This document shows, in pieces, positions 31,407 to 41,911 of a DNA stretch of 64,000 bases. The stretch is from assembly GCA_965218435.1 (NCBI GenBank), contig CBDCKW010000005.1:256001-320000 (forward strand). The letters are read 5' to 3'. The notes under the pieces are model-generated. The model searched no databases. It worked only from the letters and a program-made list of their open reading frames with translations, and had not been told where the DNA came from. Numbering within the stretch: position 1 is the first letter of the stretch; every line of letters begins with the position of its first letter. Source of the stretch: Truepera sp. GTDB taxonomy: Bacteria; Deinococcota; Deinococci; Deinococcales; Trueperaceae. Both the position numbers and the translations under genes were made by a program.

Positions 31407-31817
31407 TCTTTCAAACGCGCAACCAAAGTGTGTCCCTTTTCGGTGCGCCTAGGGTATCAAGTAACGATTGCTCGCTAACGACTTTACCTCTTTATAACTG
31501 GTGTTGTGTAAGGGTTTAGCAAATACCGAAAAGAACCAGACAGCCGAGCTCGTCTATCTCCACCTCAAGTTCTGTAGTGAAGCCCAAGTGTTGGTCAGGC
31601 AGCTCGAGGTACTCTTAGCATCCCGCACCGGAACGCTACCGAGGCGTTGCAAAGGCTTGTCGAGTTAGGCCTGCTCGAAGTGCTCAAGCCTGCGGCGAAC
31701 CGGGCAGGACGGTATCGGGTCAAGCAAGCTTAATAGAGAAGCTAAAGAATTCTACTCTAAATACTTGACTTGTCCCCTTCAATTGACCGACCCCCCAGAA
31801 ACGCCTATCCTTAAAGT

Positions 31818-32048
31818 ATGACGCTACGCGAAGAGATACAAGCGCGGATAGCCAAACTCGACGACGCTGTGCTGCCTAATGTTCTGCTGGACTTAGAGGC
31901 TATCGAAGCGCGGCAAAACCGTAAGTTCTCGCAGGCGTTCAGCGACCTGATGAACCGCGAGCCGCAAGCCGATGACCTAAGCGGTGACGAAGCGATGGCG
32001 CTGGCAACCGAGGCGGTAAAGGCCCACAGGATAGAACACCGCCGTTAA
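31818..32048 (+). CDS. Putative antitoxin of a PIN module
   Basis: 76 aa, TAATG-coupled to PIN gene; TTGACC-17-TATCCT promoter 6 nt upstream. Confidence 0.6.
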   Translation: MTLREEIQARIAKLDDAVLPNVLLDLEAIEARQNRKFSQAFSDLMNREPQADDLSGDEAMALATEAVKAHRIEHRR

Positions 32049-32458
32049 TGCGGATTGTCCTTGACACCAACGTTCTCATCTCAGCGCTGCTTACCCCGCA
32101 AGGTCTGGCTTTTCAAGCTGTCAAACTCTGGCAGCAAAACCGTGATGACCCGGTAACCTCGATCTAGCAGATCAACGAACTTCGGGGTGTAACTAGGCGC
32201 GAGCATGTAAAAAAGCACCTCCGCTCCGGCGCTGCTGGAACGCTCGTCGAAGCGTTACGGAGTAAGGCGTTCGTGATCGAATGTTTGCCGCGGGTAGACG
32301 ATTCACCCGACCCCGACGACAACAACGTCCTAGCAACAGCGATTGCCGGGGGCGCGCATTATCTGGTGACAGGCGATAAGACCGACCTACAAACCTTGGA
32401 GAAGGTGCAAAGCGTCCGCATCCTCACCGTGCGTGAATTTATGGAGATCATGGGCTAG
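32048..32458 (+). pseudogene. PIN-family putative toxin with in-frame TAG (32165)
   Basis: MRIVLDTNVLISA...DPDDN.VLA.A...LVTGD.DL. Confidence 0.85.
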
Positions 32459-32562
32459 CTGATAACTTAGACGAGCTGCTGCCCAGATTCCTTGAGAAAT
32501 AATCGTTTTTCCGTCCTGCTGCTGATATGTAATGCTAGAGCGATAATGACACAGGGAGAGAC

Positions 32563-33130
32563 GTGGCCGCACCCGACAAGGTTTTAGAGCTGATCGAACG
32601 CTTTGACTACAACCTCAGCTCGTACCGCTCCGGCAAATACAACGAAACGCAGGTCAGACGCGAGTTTATCGATCCGTTTTTTGAAGCAATGGGCTGGGAT
32701 GTCGGCAACCGTCAGGGCTACGCCGAAGCCTACAAAGACGTGATTCACGAAGATGCGATCAAAATCTGCGGGCAGACCAAAGCGCCGGACTACTCGTTTC
32801 GTATCGGCGGCACCCGTAAGTTTTTCCTCGAGGCCAAAAAGCCGTCGGTAAACATTAAAGACGACCTGCCGCTGGCCTTCCAAATATGCCGCTACGCTTG
32901 GAGCGCCAAGCTACCCCTTTAGATCCTCACCGATTTTGAAGAGCTGGCCGTCTACGACTGCCGTATCCAGCCGAACCAGACGGACAAGGCAGCGACGGCG
33001 CGGGTGCAGTACATGACCTTTCGCGATTACGCCGAGCGCTGGGACGAGCTGGCCGGGGTGTTTTCCCGTGAAGTCATCCTTAAAGGCTCATTCGACAAAT
33101 ACGCTGCTGATACGAAAAAAAGGCACCGCC
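32563..33130 (+). pseudogene. Type IIG restriction-modification enzyme, N-terminal nuclease remnant
   Basis: YNETQVRREFIDPFF..GWD...PDY.F...EAKKP...YAWSAKLPL*ILTDFEE; truncated. Confidence 0.8.
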
Positions 33131-33133
33131 AAA

Positions 33134-33305
33134 AGCGCTAGCTACGAAGCGACAACTTACTTACTTAGACAGGGACACAGCCGCGTCGGTTTTATAGGTC
33201 ATACCCTTGAGCCTACTAACTACCCTAGGTACCGCGGGTTCTTAAGCGCATACGATGGATACGGCCTCGAGCCTGATGTAGCACTGCTTTCTGTCTGCCG
33301 GGGCG
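33134..33305 (+). pseudogene. LacI-family sensor-domain fragment
   Basis: YEATTYLLRQGHSRVGFIG...RYRGF. Confidence 0.65.
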
Positions 33306-33314
33306 ACAGACTAC

Positions 33315-33664
33315 GAAAGCGGATTTCAAGCAACTGCGCAGCTGCTTGTGGACTCGGCACTGCCGCTGCAGAAAGGCAAAAGACCTGTTTTCTTAAGGCA
33401 ACGGGCTCGAGCTGGCTTACCGTCTCGAAGGTGCAAAAACCGTTTAGCAAGAGGTGTGCCAACCCCCGCTTGACCCGGTAATCGGTATTGGTGCCTTCAA
33501 AAACTGAAAGCTCCTCGTCTAACTCGAAACGTTTTTCGCCTAGGTAGAGACCGAAAATACTGATAATCTCAGTTGCCAGCGTCAAGGTCTTTTTATCCAG
33601 CCAACCGTAGGGGCGTCAGCTCTTCGCCGGTATAGCGGTGCACGAGTAGTTCGGAGGTCAGCAC
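33315..33664 (-). pseudogene. DUF790 (Bax1-like endonuclease) N-terminal fragment
   Basis: MLTSELL...DYRVKRGLAHLL...LRKQVF; frameshifted and truncated. Confidence 0.7.
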
Positions 33665-33766
33665 GCGGCTTAACGATAATAAGCCTCGCCATAGTCTCTA
33701 CAGTTCAACCCTTGGCAAGAAGCCTGTGTGGGGAGGTATGCCGAGCATAGTAGCAACCGGTGGTCT

Positions 33767-34663
33767 TCACGACTCTACTCTTGCTAAAAAGTCAGCCAGC
33801 ACCGCCATGTACCTTTCGGGCTCCTCAGCGTGCGCCATATGAGCACTGTTTTCAAAAACGACCCAGGTCGAGTCTTTAATGCCTTGATGAACCGTTTCAC
33901 CGATCAAAGGCGTGGCCTCATCGTAACGACCCGTGGTGATCAGGGAAGGCGTACTGATTTCACTCAAACGCGCTGTGACGTCCCAATTTTTGATTACACC
34001 TACTACATGAAACTCGCTGGGGCCGTTCATCGTGTGGTACACCTGGGGCCACTCGGCTAGTTTGGCAAAGCTGCGCTGCACGTAACCTGGGTTTGGCACC
34101 ACGCGGCAGACGTAGCGGTCGTAAAAGACTTGCATCGCCTGCTGATACGCTTCGCTTTCGGTCGTGCCTGCTTCTTCGTGTTGGGTAAGCGATTCCTGTA
34201 CCTCTTCTGGTAACTCAGCGCGTAACCGGTTGGCCTCTGCTAGCCACATAGGGATACTCGAGGGCGAGCTGGCAACCGTGATACTGGCAACGCCCTTGGG
34301 CTGCGTCAGCATGTACTGCATCGTCAGCATCCCACCCCACGATTGGCCTAGCAGATGAATCTTCTCTAAACCTAGAGCTTTACGGACTACGTCAACTTCT
34401 TCGACAAACAGATCAACAGTCCATAGCGATGGTTCGTCAACGTGGGTCGAATTGCCGCAGCCAAGCTGATCGTAAAAAATTACCTGGCGTCCGGTCGCGG
34501 CTAAGGCCTCTAACGACTCGAGATAGTCGTGCGGGACGCCGGGGCCGCCGTGTAAGCAGAGGAGCGGCAATTTCTTCTCGTCTGTTCTCTCACCGACGAT
34601 TTTGTACCAGGTCTTAAAACCGCGAAACTCGACGGTGCCTTCTTTTTCCGTATAGGTGCTCAT
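33767..34663 (-). CDS. Proline iminopeptidase-family (F1-like) hydrolase
   Basis: HGGPG..HDY, YDQLGCG.S, GQSWGG, MNGPSEF, SAH. Confidence 0.9.
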   Translation of the reverse strand: MSTYTEKEGTVEFRGFKTWYKIVGERTDEKKLPLLCLHGGPGVPHDYLESLEALAATGRQVIFYDQLGCGNSTHVDEPSLWTVDLFVEEVDVVRKALGLEKIHLLGQSWGGMLTMQYMLTQPKGVASITVASSPSSIPMWLAEANRLRAELPEEVQESLTQHEEAGTTESEAYQQAMQVFYDRYVCRVVPNPGYVQRSFAKLAEWPQVYHTMNGPSEFHVVGVIKNWDVTARLSEISTPSLITTGRYDEATPLIGETVHQGIKDSTWVVFENSAHMAHAEEPERYMAVLADFLARVES

Positions 34664-34672
34664 GACGTCTCC

Positions 34673-35110
34673 TTATTTTTGTTTGGGATCGAACTGGGCG
34701 CGTAGCCCGTCACTAAACCAGTTGACGGCGATCACAGTAATCATAATCGCGAGTCCGGCGAACACGGCTACGTAGGGCGTCAGGAGTAGGTAAGCCCGGC
34801 CGTCAGCGAGCATCGAACCCCAGTCGGGATCGGGCGGTTGAATACCAAGCCCTAAAAAAGACAAGGCGGCGATATCTAAAATGGCAAACGCAATATCGTT
34901 ACTACCCTGCACCAAGATAGGCGACGCGATATTGGGCAGCAGGTGGCGGTACAAGATACGCCCGTCGCCCATGCCGCTACTCCTCGCTGCTTCGACGTAG
35001 TTCAGGTTGCTCTGCACCAGCGTTGCGCCGCGAACAACCCGTACAATCGCAGGAATGTAAACAATGCCTAAGGCGAGCACTGTGTTGCTCAGCCCACGGC
35101 TCGGCTCAGC
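34673..35110 (-). pseudogene. Peptide ABC permease (DppC-like), C-terminal half only
   Basis: YVEAAR..G, AALSFLGLG.QPP.PDWG.ML. Confidence 0.8.
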
Positions 35111-35842
35111 GACAAGGTAATCCCTGAAAGCGCATTGCGTCACGAAACGGGCCGCCGCTGGAAGCCCTGGCTACACCTCAACTGTAATGGGTATCCCGCT
35201 TATGAGTGGGTCCGTGCCAACAGCGGCTATATCCCCAGAGGATTCGAGGCGTGGAGTTTGCCTTTTAGGTACTTCACCATCTTTAGCAGCACGTCGCCAG
35301 ATGCGGCACTCCTCGAGCACCTTAAAGGGGCCGTCAGCACTGCACTTGGGCAACGCGCTCACCTCCAACAAACAACGCAAGTTCAGATCCAAAGAGCACT
35401 GCAGCACATGGAGAGCAGTACCTTCCCGCTCGCGCAAGGGTTTCCCTTTTTGCTAAGCCACGAGCAACCTCCTGATCAAGCTGCCGAACAAAATTTTGCT
35501 CTTAGGCTCACGGTGATTACCGAAGTGCCCGACGAAACCGTGGCTGGTCCGTTGTGGCGTGATTGTGTCGAAGCGCAGCAGATCATCGTCGAAGCGGCTC
35601 TACAAACGTGTTTGAAGGTGGAGGCCGCAGCTTTACATCGCCACAAAACGTAAGAGCACAGGGTTATACGGCTGGTCGTCAATCAGGTAGAGAAGCTATC
35701 ACGTTTCTATGCTCGAGCTTAAGAGAACGCTTGGGCTTTCATTATGATCAGTCCAGGACCAACGCATGTAGATTTCTTTCAAGAGCTACCCGTGCTTTCA
35801 ACATAACTTTTGAAGGTAGCCTTTCTTGAATCTCTTGGGGTC

Positions 35843-36051
35843 TGAGTCTACGCCGCAAGCGGCGTAGACTCACAAGGTGAGCAAGTATATCCACAAGAGC
35901 CACAACGTAGATATTCTGATGTACCACATAGTTTTTCCGGCGAAGTACCGTCGCGCGGTGATAGACGATGAAGTTGACAACGTGCTCAAAGAAGTCTGCA
36001 TGGAGATTGAGAAGCGTTACGAGATCATATTTTTAGAGATAGGCACAGACA
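35843..36051 (+). mobile_element. tnpA: IS200/IS605 left end and truncated tnpA
   Basis: 14-bp perfect hairpin 35843-35872; YHIVFPAKYRR...EIGTD, cut before the HUH motif. Confidence 0.85.
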
Positions 36052-36955
36052 ACCTCGACTGCTAGGGGGTAGCTCTATAGGGAGAAAAAAGCGAAGATAG
36101 CGCGATTTGGAAATCGCGCTATCTTCTAGAGCAGCATACCGTCAGCGAGTTGTTCACGGTCGTATACGTGCTGGTCGATGATTACCTCAGAGCCGGGGTG
36201 CAGCAAGGCAGATTTGTGCTGCCCGAGTCCAAGCAGCAAAAGGGTAGCTACGCAGAACTGATGAGCATTGCCTTGGTGGGCGATCTGCTTAACCAGGCCG
36301 ATGTGGGGCTGTGGTTCAACCTAGTCAAGAGCGAGTACAAGGGCTTGTTCCCGGTGTTGCCCGACGATACGCGCTACTACCGGGTACTCAAGAAGCTAGA
36401 ACGCCTCTGGGCCGAGCTAGCCCTGGTGCTCACCGCGCAGCACGCTACATGGGCTTACAGTATCGACTCCAAACCGCTGCCGGTGTGTAAGTTCAAGCGT
36501 CACCGACGGCCTCGGGCCATGACCGAAGCGACCGTAGGCTTCTCGACCCAAGGTGCCGTATACGGCTTCAAACTTCACGCCCTCACGACCTCGCAAGGGC
36601 TCATTGTCAAGTTCGCCAGCGCCCCGGCACACGAAGCCGCTGTCACCGTTGCTAGAGCCTTGCTCGGTAAAGCCGAACGGGGTGCAAGCTTAGGCGACAA
36701 AGCCTATCTCGGTTGTGGCGTCTACACCCCTCCCAAGGCCAACGCGCTCACGCCCGGCATCTGGACCCAGCTCATGGATGCGTCTCGAAAAACCATCGAA
36801 AGCGTCTTTTCCTCGCTCTCCCGCACCAAACATCTTGTCCTTGGTCAGCGCAACTCGTTTCATTCGCTCCGGGCACACGTCTGTCGCAAGATAGCAGCGC
36901 ATAACTTCGCCCTTATCTTCGCTTCCTAGACCCCTTATCCCCTAGCAGTCGAGGT
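36052..36955 (+). mobile_element. IS982-family element
   Basis: 17-bp perfect terminal IRs ACCTCGACTGCTAGGGG; transposase 36150..36929 (IDSKPL, YGFKLH, GDKAY, RKTIES.FS). Confidence 0.9.
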
Positions 36956-37109
36956 ATCCTATGAATTGTGCGTTGCCGCCCCCCAATTCGTAGTTGGTAA
37001 AGCCTAAGTAGATACCTTGTACCAAAGGAAGTACCGAAAAAGCGACAATAGGAATAAACGCTGGTAAAAGCAACCAGAGCGGAATGCCCAACCCTTTAGA
37101 CCGAAACAT
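36956..37109 (-). pseudogene. Sugar ABC permease N-terminus truncated by IS982
   Basis: LLPAFI...PLVQGIYLGFT...FIG runs into the IS end. Confidence 0.75.
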
Positions 37110-38181
37110 AGCCCGTCTCTTGTGTTGCACCAGCGATATATCCTGTAGACGACTCGCGGATAACTAAGCGGGGCGTGATCACAATTTTCCGAGGCTCGAG
37201 GTCGGGTTCACCGAGCCGTTCTAAAAGCAGTTCGGCTGCGAGTCTGCCGCGCTCTCCGGCGAGCAGCGATACAGAACTCAACGTGGGATTGCTGACCCTA
37301 GTCAGATCGATATTATCCATACCTACGACTGCGATTTCTTGCGGTATCGTCTTGCCCAATTCTTGGAGTTTCCGAAGCGCACCAAGCGCGATAAGGTCGT
37401 TTGCACAGAAGAAAGCGTCGATGCTGGGTGCCCGGTCAAGTAACGTAGCCGCGGCGTCGTAACCACCTTGCACCGTAAACGCTGTGTCCATCACCAGGGT
37501 ACTGTCGAAATTTAGGTGCTGCCTCTCGAATTCGGCTTGATAGCCGCGAAGCCGAGCTTCCGCAGGAACGGTATGGGCGTCGCCGTTAATAAACGCGATT
37601 TGTCGCCGCCCCGTTTCAACGAGGTGAGCGAGGGCTAGGGCTGCCCCAGCAGCTGAATCTACGCGAACGCTGTCGACGGGTACGGCCTCCGGGATGCTGC
37701 CAATCACACATACCCGCTGCCGCGCGGCTTCGACCTGTTTGAGAAACGTACTCGTTACTTTGAGCGAGCAGATAATCAGTCCGTCAACGTAGCGGCGCTC
37801 GAGATTTTTGACGGCGAGCTGCTCCTCAAGCGAACTGCTTTCGGTGCTTACGACGCTCATGCGGTAGCTGCGTCCCCGGGCAACTTGTTGCACGGTCTTT
37901 GCCATTGCTACATAGACCGGGTTGGCAATATCGGGAATGACAAGCTCGATCTGGTCGGTCTTATTGCGTTTCAAGCTTTGCGCCGCATGGTTGGGTACAT
38001 AACCCAACGCCTTGACAGCGTCTTGAACCCGCTTGCGCAACTCAGGAGCGCAGTTGGGTGCGCCATTAAGCACTCTGGAAACAGACCCGACGGAGACGTC
38101 TGCTCGTTTGGCAACATCTACGATCGTGACCCTCACCTGTCTTCGGTTCACTTGACGCTCCTCTCCGTGACACCAGCTCAT
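37096..38181 (-). CDS. LacI family regulator (start possibly 38151)
   Basis: TIVDVAKRADVSVGSVSRVLN...CANDLIALG...RESS. Confidence 0.95.
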   Translation of the reverse strand: MSWCHGEERQVNRRQVRVTIVDVAKRADVSVGSVSRVLNGAPNCAPELRKRVQDAVKALGYVPNHAAQSLKRNKTDQIELVIPDIANPVYVAMAKTVQQVARGRSYRMSVVSTESSSLEEQLAVKNLERRYVDGLIICSLKVTSTFLKQVEAARQRVCVIGSIPEAVPVDSVRVDSAAGAALALAHLVETGRRQIAFINGDAHTVPAEARLRGYQAEFERQHLNFDSTLVMDTAFTVQGGYDAAATLLDRAPSIDAFFCANDLIALGALRKLQELGKTIPQEIAVVGMDNIDLTRVSNPTLSSVSLLAGERGRLAAELLLERLGEPDLEPRKIVITPRLVIRESSTGYIAGATQETGYVSV

Positions 38182-38213
38182 GAAGCCTATAACTTATTTT
38201 TGATTCATCAATC

Positions 38214-38336
38214 ATAAAACGTTTCATCAAACAATGTCAATCTATTTTACAGTTATATATCGACAAGGAAAGCAAGTGACGCTGTTCTCAGCAGTCAGAC
38301 GGAACAGCGGCATAGGTTTATTAATGAAACGATTCA
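38214..38336. promoter_or_regulatory. Two LacI-type operators
   Basis: ATAAAACGTTTCAT (38214-38227) and TGAAACGATTCA (38325-38336). Confidence 0.6.
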
Positions 38337-38539
38337 CCTCAAAAAGATTGTTTATAGACGCTACTCATCGGGCCCCTCTACCACAGCCTGAACCCTTGCG
38401 GTTGCGGCGGCACCTTTTAGTAAAGGTGCCTGTTTGAAGCGCAATGTGCGGAAAAAGTAGGGTGTAGCCCGGTTGGTCACCGATACCAGTGAGCCGAATA
38501 AGTCCTTAATCTTGGCGAGAACGAAAAGAATACACCTTG

Positions 38540-38752
38540 GTTCACCTCGAGACTGCACCACTAAACGTCAAATTCATTGCCGCTGCCGACAAATTGCACA
38601 AGGTCCAGAATATTGCACTCGATCTCGATACGTTAGGTGACGCGGTATGCAGGCGCTTTAACGCTACGAAAGAAGATCAAGCTTGGTACTACCGTGGCGT
38701 CTTGAACGTACTCACCACACGTGGCGAGACGCATCCTTGTCCGACCTTTTGA
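38540..38752 (+). pseudogene. HD-domain (SpoT-like hydrolase) C-terminal fragment
   Basis: AADKLH...D....G.AV..RFN..KE.Q.WYY. Confidence 0.65.
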
Positions 38753-39055
38753 GCAATACGGTAGAGCAAGTCTTCCGCTAAAATACATCACCGGTTCCAT
38801 TTTGCATTTCTCAACTTCGTATCTACGTACGGGAGGTTGCAAGCTGTAAAGGGTAGTGGATTCAAGCTCCGATATTCAATCGCTCTCTCGCCTGCTCCAA
38901 CATGTCACGCGCGATACGGTTGGGGCTGTAGCCCCCAGTCATATGGACAAAGGGTATTTCCCCGCGCTTTACACGTCTGCGCCAACTCTTGGTGAGTATG
39001 GTTCGACCAGCGAACGAGCAGTAAAACGACGGCCACCTCGTCGGTAACTTCTAGT

Positions 39056-40101
39056 AAATCATCTGCGAAATAGCGCCGAAGGAGTCAAAGGACTAAACTA
39101 GCAGGATGAAAGCGAGCCGCTTAAAGAGAAAGCCCAAGCATCTGTATAACTTCACAGGTTTAAGCGTCGAGCAGTTCAAGTTGCTTAGTAAAGCGGTCGA
39201 AGTACGCCTTGCCGAACCAAAAGGCACCCAGGGCAAATTACGTCAACGTGCAGTAGGCGGGGGACGCAAGGCAGAACTAGGGGTAGAGGATCAGGTTTTA
39301 GGGGTGCTGCTGTATTACCGTTTGTACCTGACCCAGCTGCTACTAGGCTACTTATTCAACTTGGATGATAGTAACGTCAGCCGTTTGATCAGCAAACTTC
39401 GACCTGTACTACTTGAGGTTCTCCCCTTACCAGCGCACGAGACAGTTCTTTTTGGTCAAGCTAAAAGAAAGCGTATCGCAAGCCTAGAAGAACTGCTTGA
39501 GCAGCATCCTGAGTTCAAGGAAGTCTTGGTTGATGCTACCGAGCAAGAAATCCAGAAACCCAAAGACAAGCAAGAACGCAGAGACAAGTATTCAGGTAAG
39601 AAAAAGCGACATACGCTCAAGACCCAAATCACTGCCACCAACACAAAGCTTATCCTTCATGTGACACGTTCTTTACCAGGCAAATTCAGCGACGTCAACG
39701 TCCTTAGAGGTACCGGGGTGTTACGAGCTTTACCTACGGCTACCGAGGTCCGAGTGGACAAAGGATATGACGGTATTGATAAGGATTTTCCCCATAGAAC
39801 CTTCCATCAGCCCAGCAAAGCTAGAAGAAACAAACCCCTGGACTTCATCCAGAAATGCCTCAACAAAGTTCAAAACAGCCTGCGTTTTCCTGTCGAGCAC
39901 ACACTGGCTCACTTGAAACGCTTTAAGCTCTTAGCGGGTATCTACCGAGGCCCAAAAGCTGTTTATGATGACACTTTCTTAGCTATCGCGGGGCTTCATA
40001 ACTTCAGAAAGTTAGATGCTCTGGCTTGGTAAGCCGACTTAAACCCTTTCTCTAAGCCTAGCTACTTTATTCTGATCGTGTACTTATTTCGCAGATGATT
40101 T
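39056..40101 (+). mobile_element. IS5-family element (HTH + DDE transposase 39106..40032)
   Basis: Terminal IRs AAATCATCTGCGAAATA / TATTTCGCAGATGATTT, AGT on both flanks; VDATE, YSGKKKRHTLK, DKGY, R..VEH. Confidence 0.9.
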
Positions 40102-40231
40102 AGTTCAAGTAAGCTCAAATTGGTATGCGGCGCAGTTTCTAGCTACCTAATCTGGCAGGCAAAAGCCGTCCCGAGCCGTCGTTTAAGCCAGCTCAACAGC
40201 TGCGCTGGTGGTCTCGAGCCTGGCGGTAGGC

Positions 40232-41035
40232 TCAAAGCTCAGACCCTCCTCCGCGAGAATGCACGCGCGTATAGTGCGCCTTAGCTTTGCCGAGGCGTCG
40301 CCAGAGGTCGGGGTCAATAGGGATAGGCCGGACACTCCCGCTAGCGAGCGAGTAGAACGCCCCGTGATAGGTCAGCGTCCCGTGCCGCAACAGCTGCCAG
40401 AGCAGATTTAGAATAGTTGTTGCAGCGAAGTCGTTGACCAGTAGGTCTTGCTTTGTAAGCGCCTCGAGCGTGCTACAGCTGGGCAGGTCGTCTTCGGGAA
40501 TACGCGTGTCGCAGAGTTCGGGAAAGAGTTCGTACGCGATGCGTAGGCGCTCTTGCTTCCGGCGATTGTAGTAGCCCAGGGGTTGTCCCAGCACGACCTG
40601 ACCGGTGCTGGCAAGATTCCCGGCAGAGACGTGGTAGACGACCCGGTGGAGCCCCCCTGCAATCGTTGCCCTGGCTGCGCGTGTATCTACGCAGTCAATT
40701 ACTAACCTTGGACTGTCGTAGCCGTTTCCGTAGCTGCTGTCGATCTCATGTGGGTAAGCTTTCCACGAAAGGTTGAGGCGGTTGATCAAGACCTCGGCTT
40801 TATTGAGACCCACATCTGATGGGTAGAAGCTCTGCCGGACGAGGTTACTTTCGCTTACGGTGTCGCCGTCGGCGAGGACGACCTCGAGGCCGGGATAGCC
40901 GAGCGCCCGGAGACCCTGGTGGATGTTCTTGAGGCCGACGACGACCTTCGAGCCTGTCCCGCCAGCACCCACAACGAGCGTTCGGATGGGCATTCTGGAG
41001 TCTTGAAAGTACGGGTGCAAGGTGTGGCTAAGCAT
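40232..41035 (-). CDS. PRTRC system ThiF (E1-like) protein
   Basis: GAGGTGS, DGDTVSESNLVRQ, DCVDT, PSCS..EAL.KQDL. Confidence 0.85.
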   Translation of the reverse strand: MLSHTLHPYFQDSRMPIRTLVVGAGGTGSKVVVGLKNIHQGLRALGYPGLEVVLADGDTVSESNLVRQSFYPSDVGLNKAEVLINRLNLSWKAYPHEIDSSYGNGYDSPRLVIDCVDTRAARATIAGGLHRVVYHVSAGNLASTGQVVLGQPLGYYNRRKQERLRIAYELFPELCDTRIPEDDLPSCSTLEALTKQDLLVNDFAATTILNLLWQLLRHGTLTYHGAFYSLASGSVRPIPIDPDLWRRLGKAKAHYTRVHSRGGGSEL

Positions 41036-41747
41036 GAAAGAGGTCTCCGAGTGTTTCAGTAAGGGGAACCAGCTGCTCAGTAGGGAAGTGGCCCTCTTCT
41101 CTGACCCGCTGCCAGAGTTCGCCCATCGTGCCGCCCCAGTTGCGGTAGAGCAAGTTCGATGAGCCGTGAGTAAAAGCCGAGGCGAAAAAACCGCTCGAGT
41201 ACCCTGCGGTGTCTTTCACACTCAGCGTGTCAGGTAGCGACGTTGACCCTAAACAGACGCCGCTAGTCGAAGTGTTCCAATAGGGCGCAGTGTAGAGCCT
41301 CGAGGCTGCGGTGGGGCGTTCATCGTTGTCTAAAGCCAGCACCCGCAGGCTTCTGTGACCTGCGATAAAGAGCAGGGGAGGCTGCGGAAAACTCGAGCCC
41401 GAAAGCTGCGTGAGCAGGGGGTCATTACATGCATAAAACATCACCCGCTCCCTAGCAGGCTCGAACCACACGAGGTTCTCGTTGTTGGCGGCCAGGACGT
41501 GCGGCGGCAGCAGCTCGAGGCCGGACACCGGACTGAGGGCTTGAGAAAGTTCACGGACGGCCTCGACGTTTGCGAGGGTGCCTGGCTCGAGCATAGGTGT
41601 CGCGCCGTCGTAACGCACTGTGTGGACCGACGCGAAGGTGTCTGCGGGTGCGCCGTAGGTGTCGCAGGCATTTTCGTAGATCAAAATGGCCTTTTTAAGC
41701 ATGACCTCGTTGTGATAGCCGAGTTGTACCTGCACGTCGATACTCAT
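41028..41747 (-). CDS. PRTRC system protein B (prokaryotic E2-related)
   Basis: A.LIY...FASVH.V...LLPP.VL...PQPPLLF...RP....LY.AP.WN....VCLG...FF.S.FTH. Confidence 0.8.
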   Translation of the reverse strand: MSIDVQVQLGYHNEVMLKKAILIYENACDTYGAPADTFASVHTVRYDGATPMLEPGTLANVEAVRELSQALSPVSGLELLPPHVLAANNENLVWFEPARERVMFYACNDPLLTQLSGSSFPQPPLLFIAGHRSLRVLALDNDERPTAASRLYTAPYWNTSTSGVCLGSTSLPDTLSVKDTAGYSSGFFASAFTHGSSNLLYRNWGGTMGELWQRVREEGHFPTEQLVPLTETLGDLFHA

Positions 41748-41911
41748 GCCATCGCCTCCAGGGCGTAAAAGAGTGCGTTCGTCTGTTCGAGGATGAGCCT
41801 ACACACCGTTAGGGCGTCTTTTAGAGTCGTCAGCGTTTCGGGATCGTCAGGGTCGAAGCCAAGGGCGTAGGTTGGTTGAAAGTCCGTTCCCGCCTGCCAG
41901 ATCTGCTGCTC
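41744..41911 (-). CDS. PRTRC system protein F, exon 2
   Basis: EQQIWQAG...LEAMA*, in frame with exon 1 after intron removal; ATGA overlap with protein B. Confidence 0.75.
   Translation of the reverse strand, partial: EQQIWQAGTDFQPTYALGFDPDDPETLTTLKDALTVCRLILEQTNALFYALEAMA

Noticed and set aside
31440..31735. Possible replication/HTH protein remnant (ELGLLEVLKPAANRAGRYRV)
   Set aside because: Too fragmentary and stop-ridden to assign
35135..35653. 172-aa ORF as a functional gene
   Set aside because: No clear start or family; probably a 3' fragment at a deletion junction
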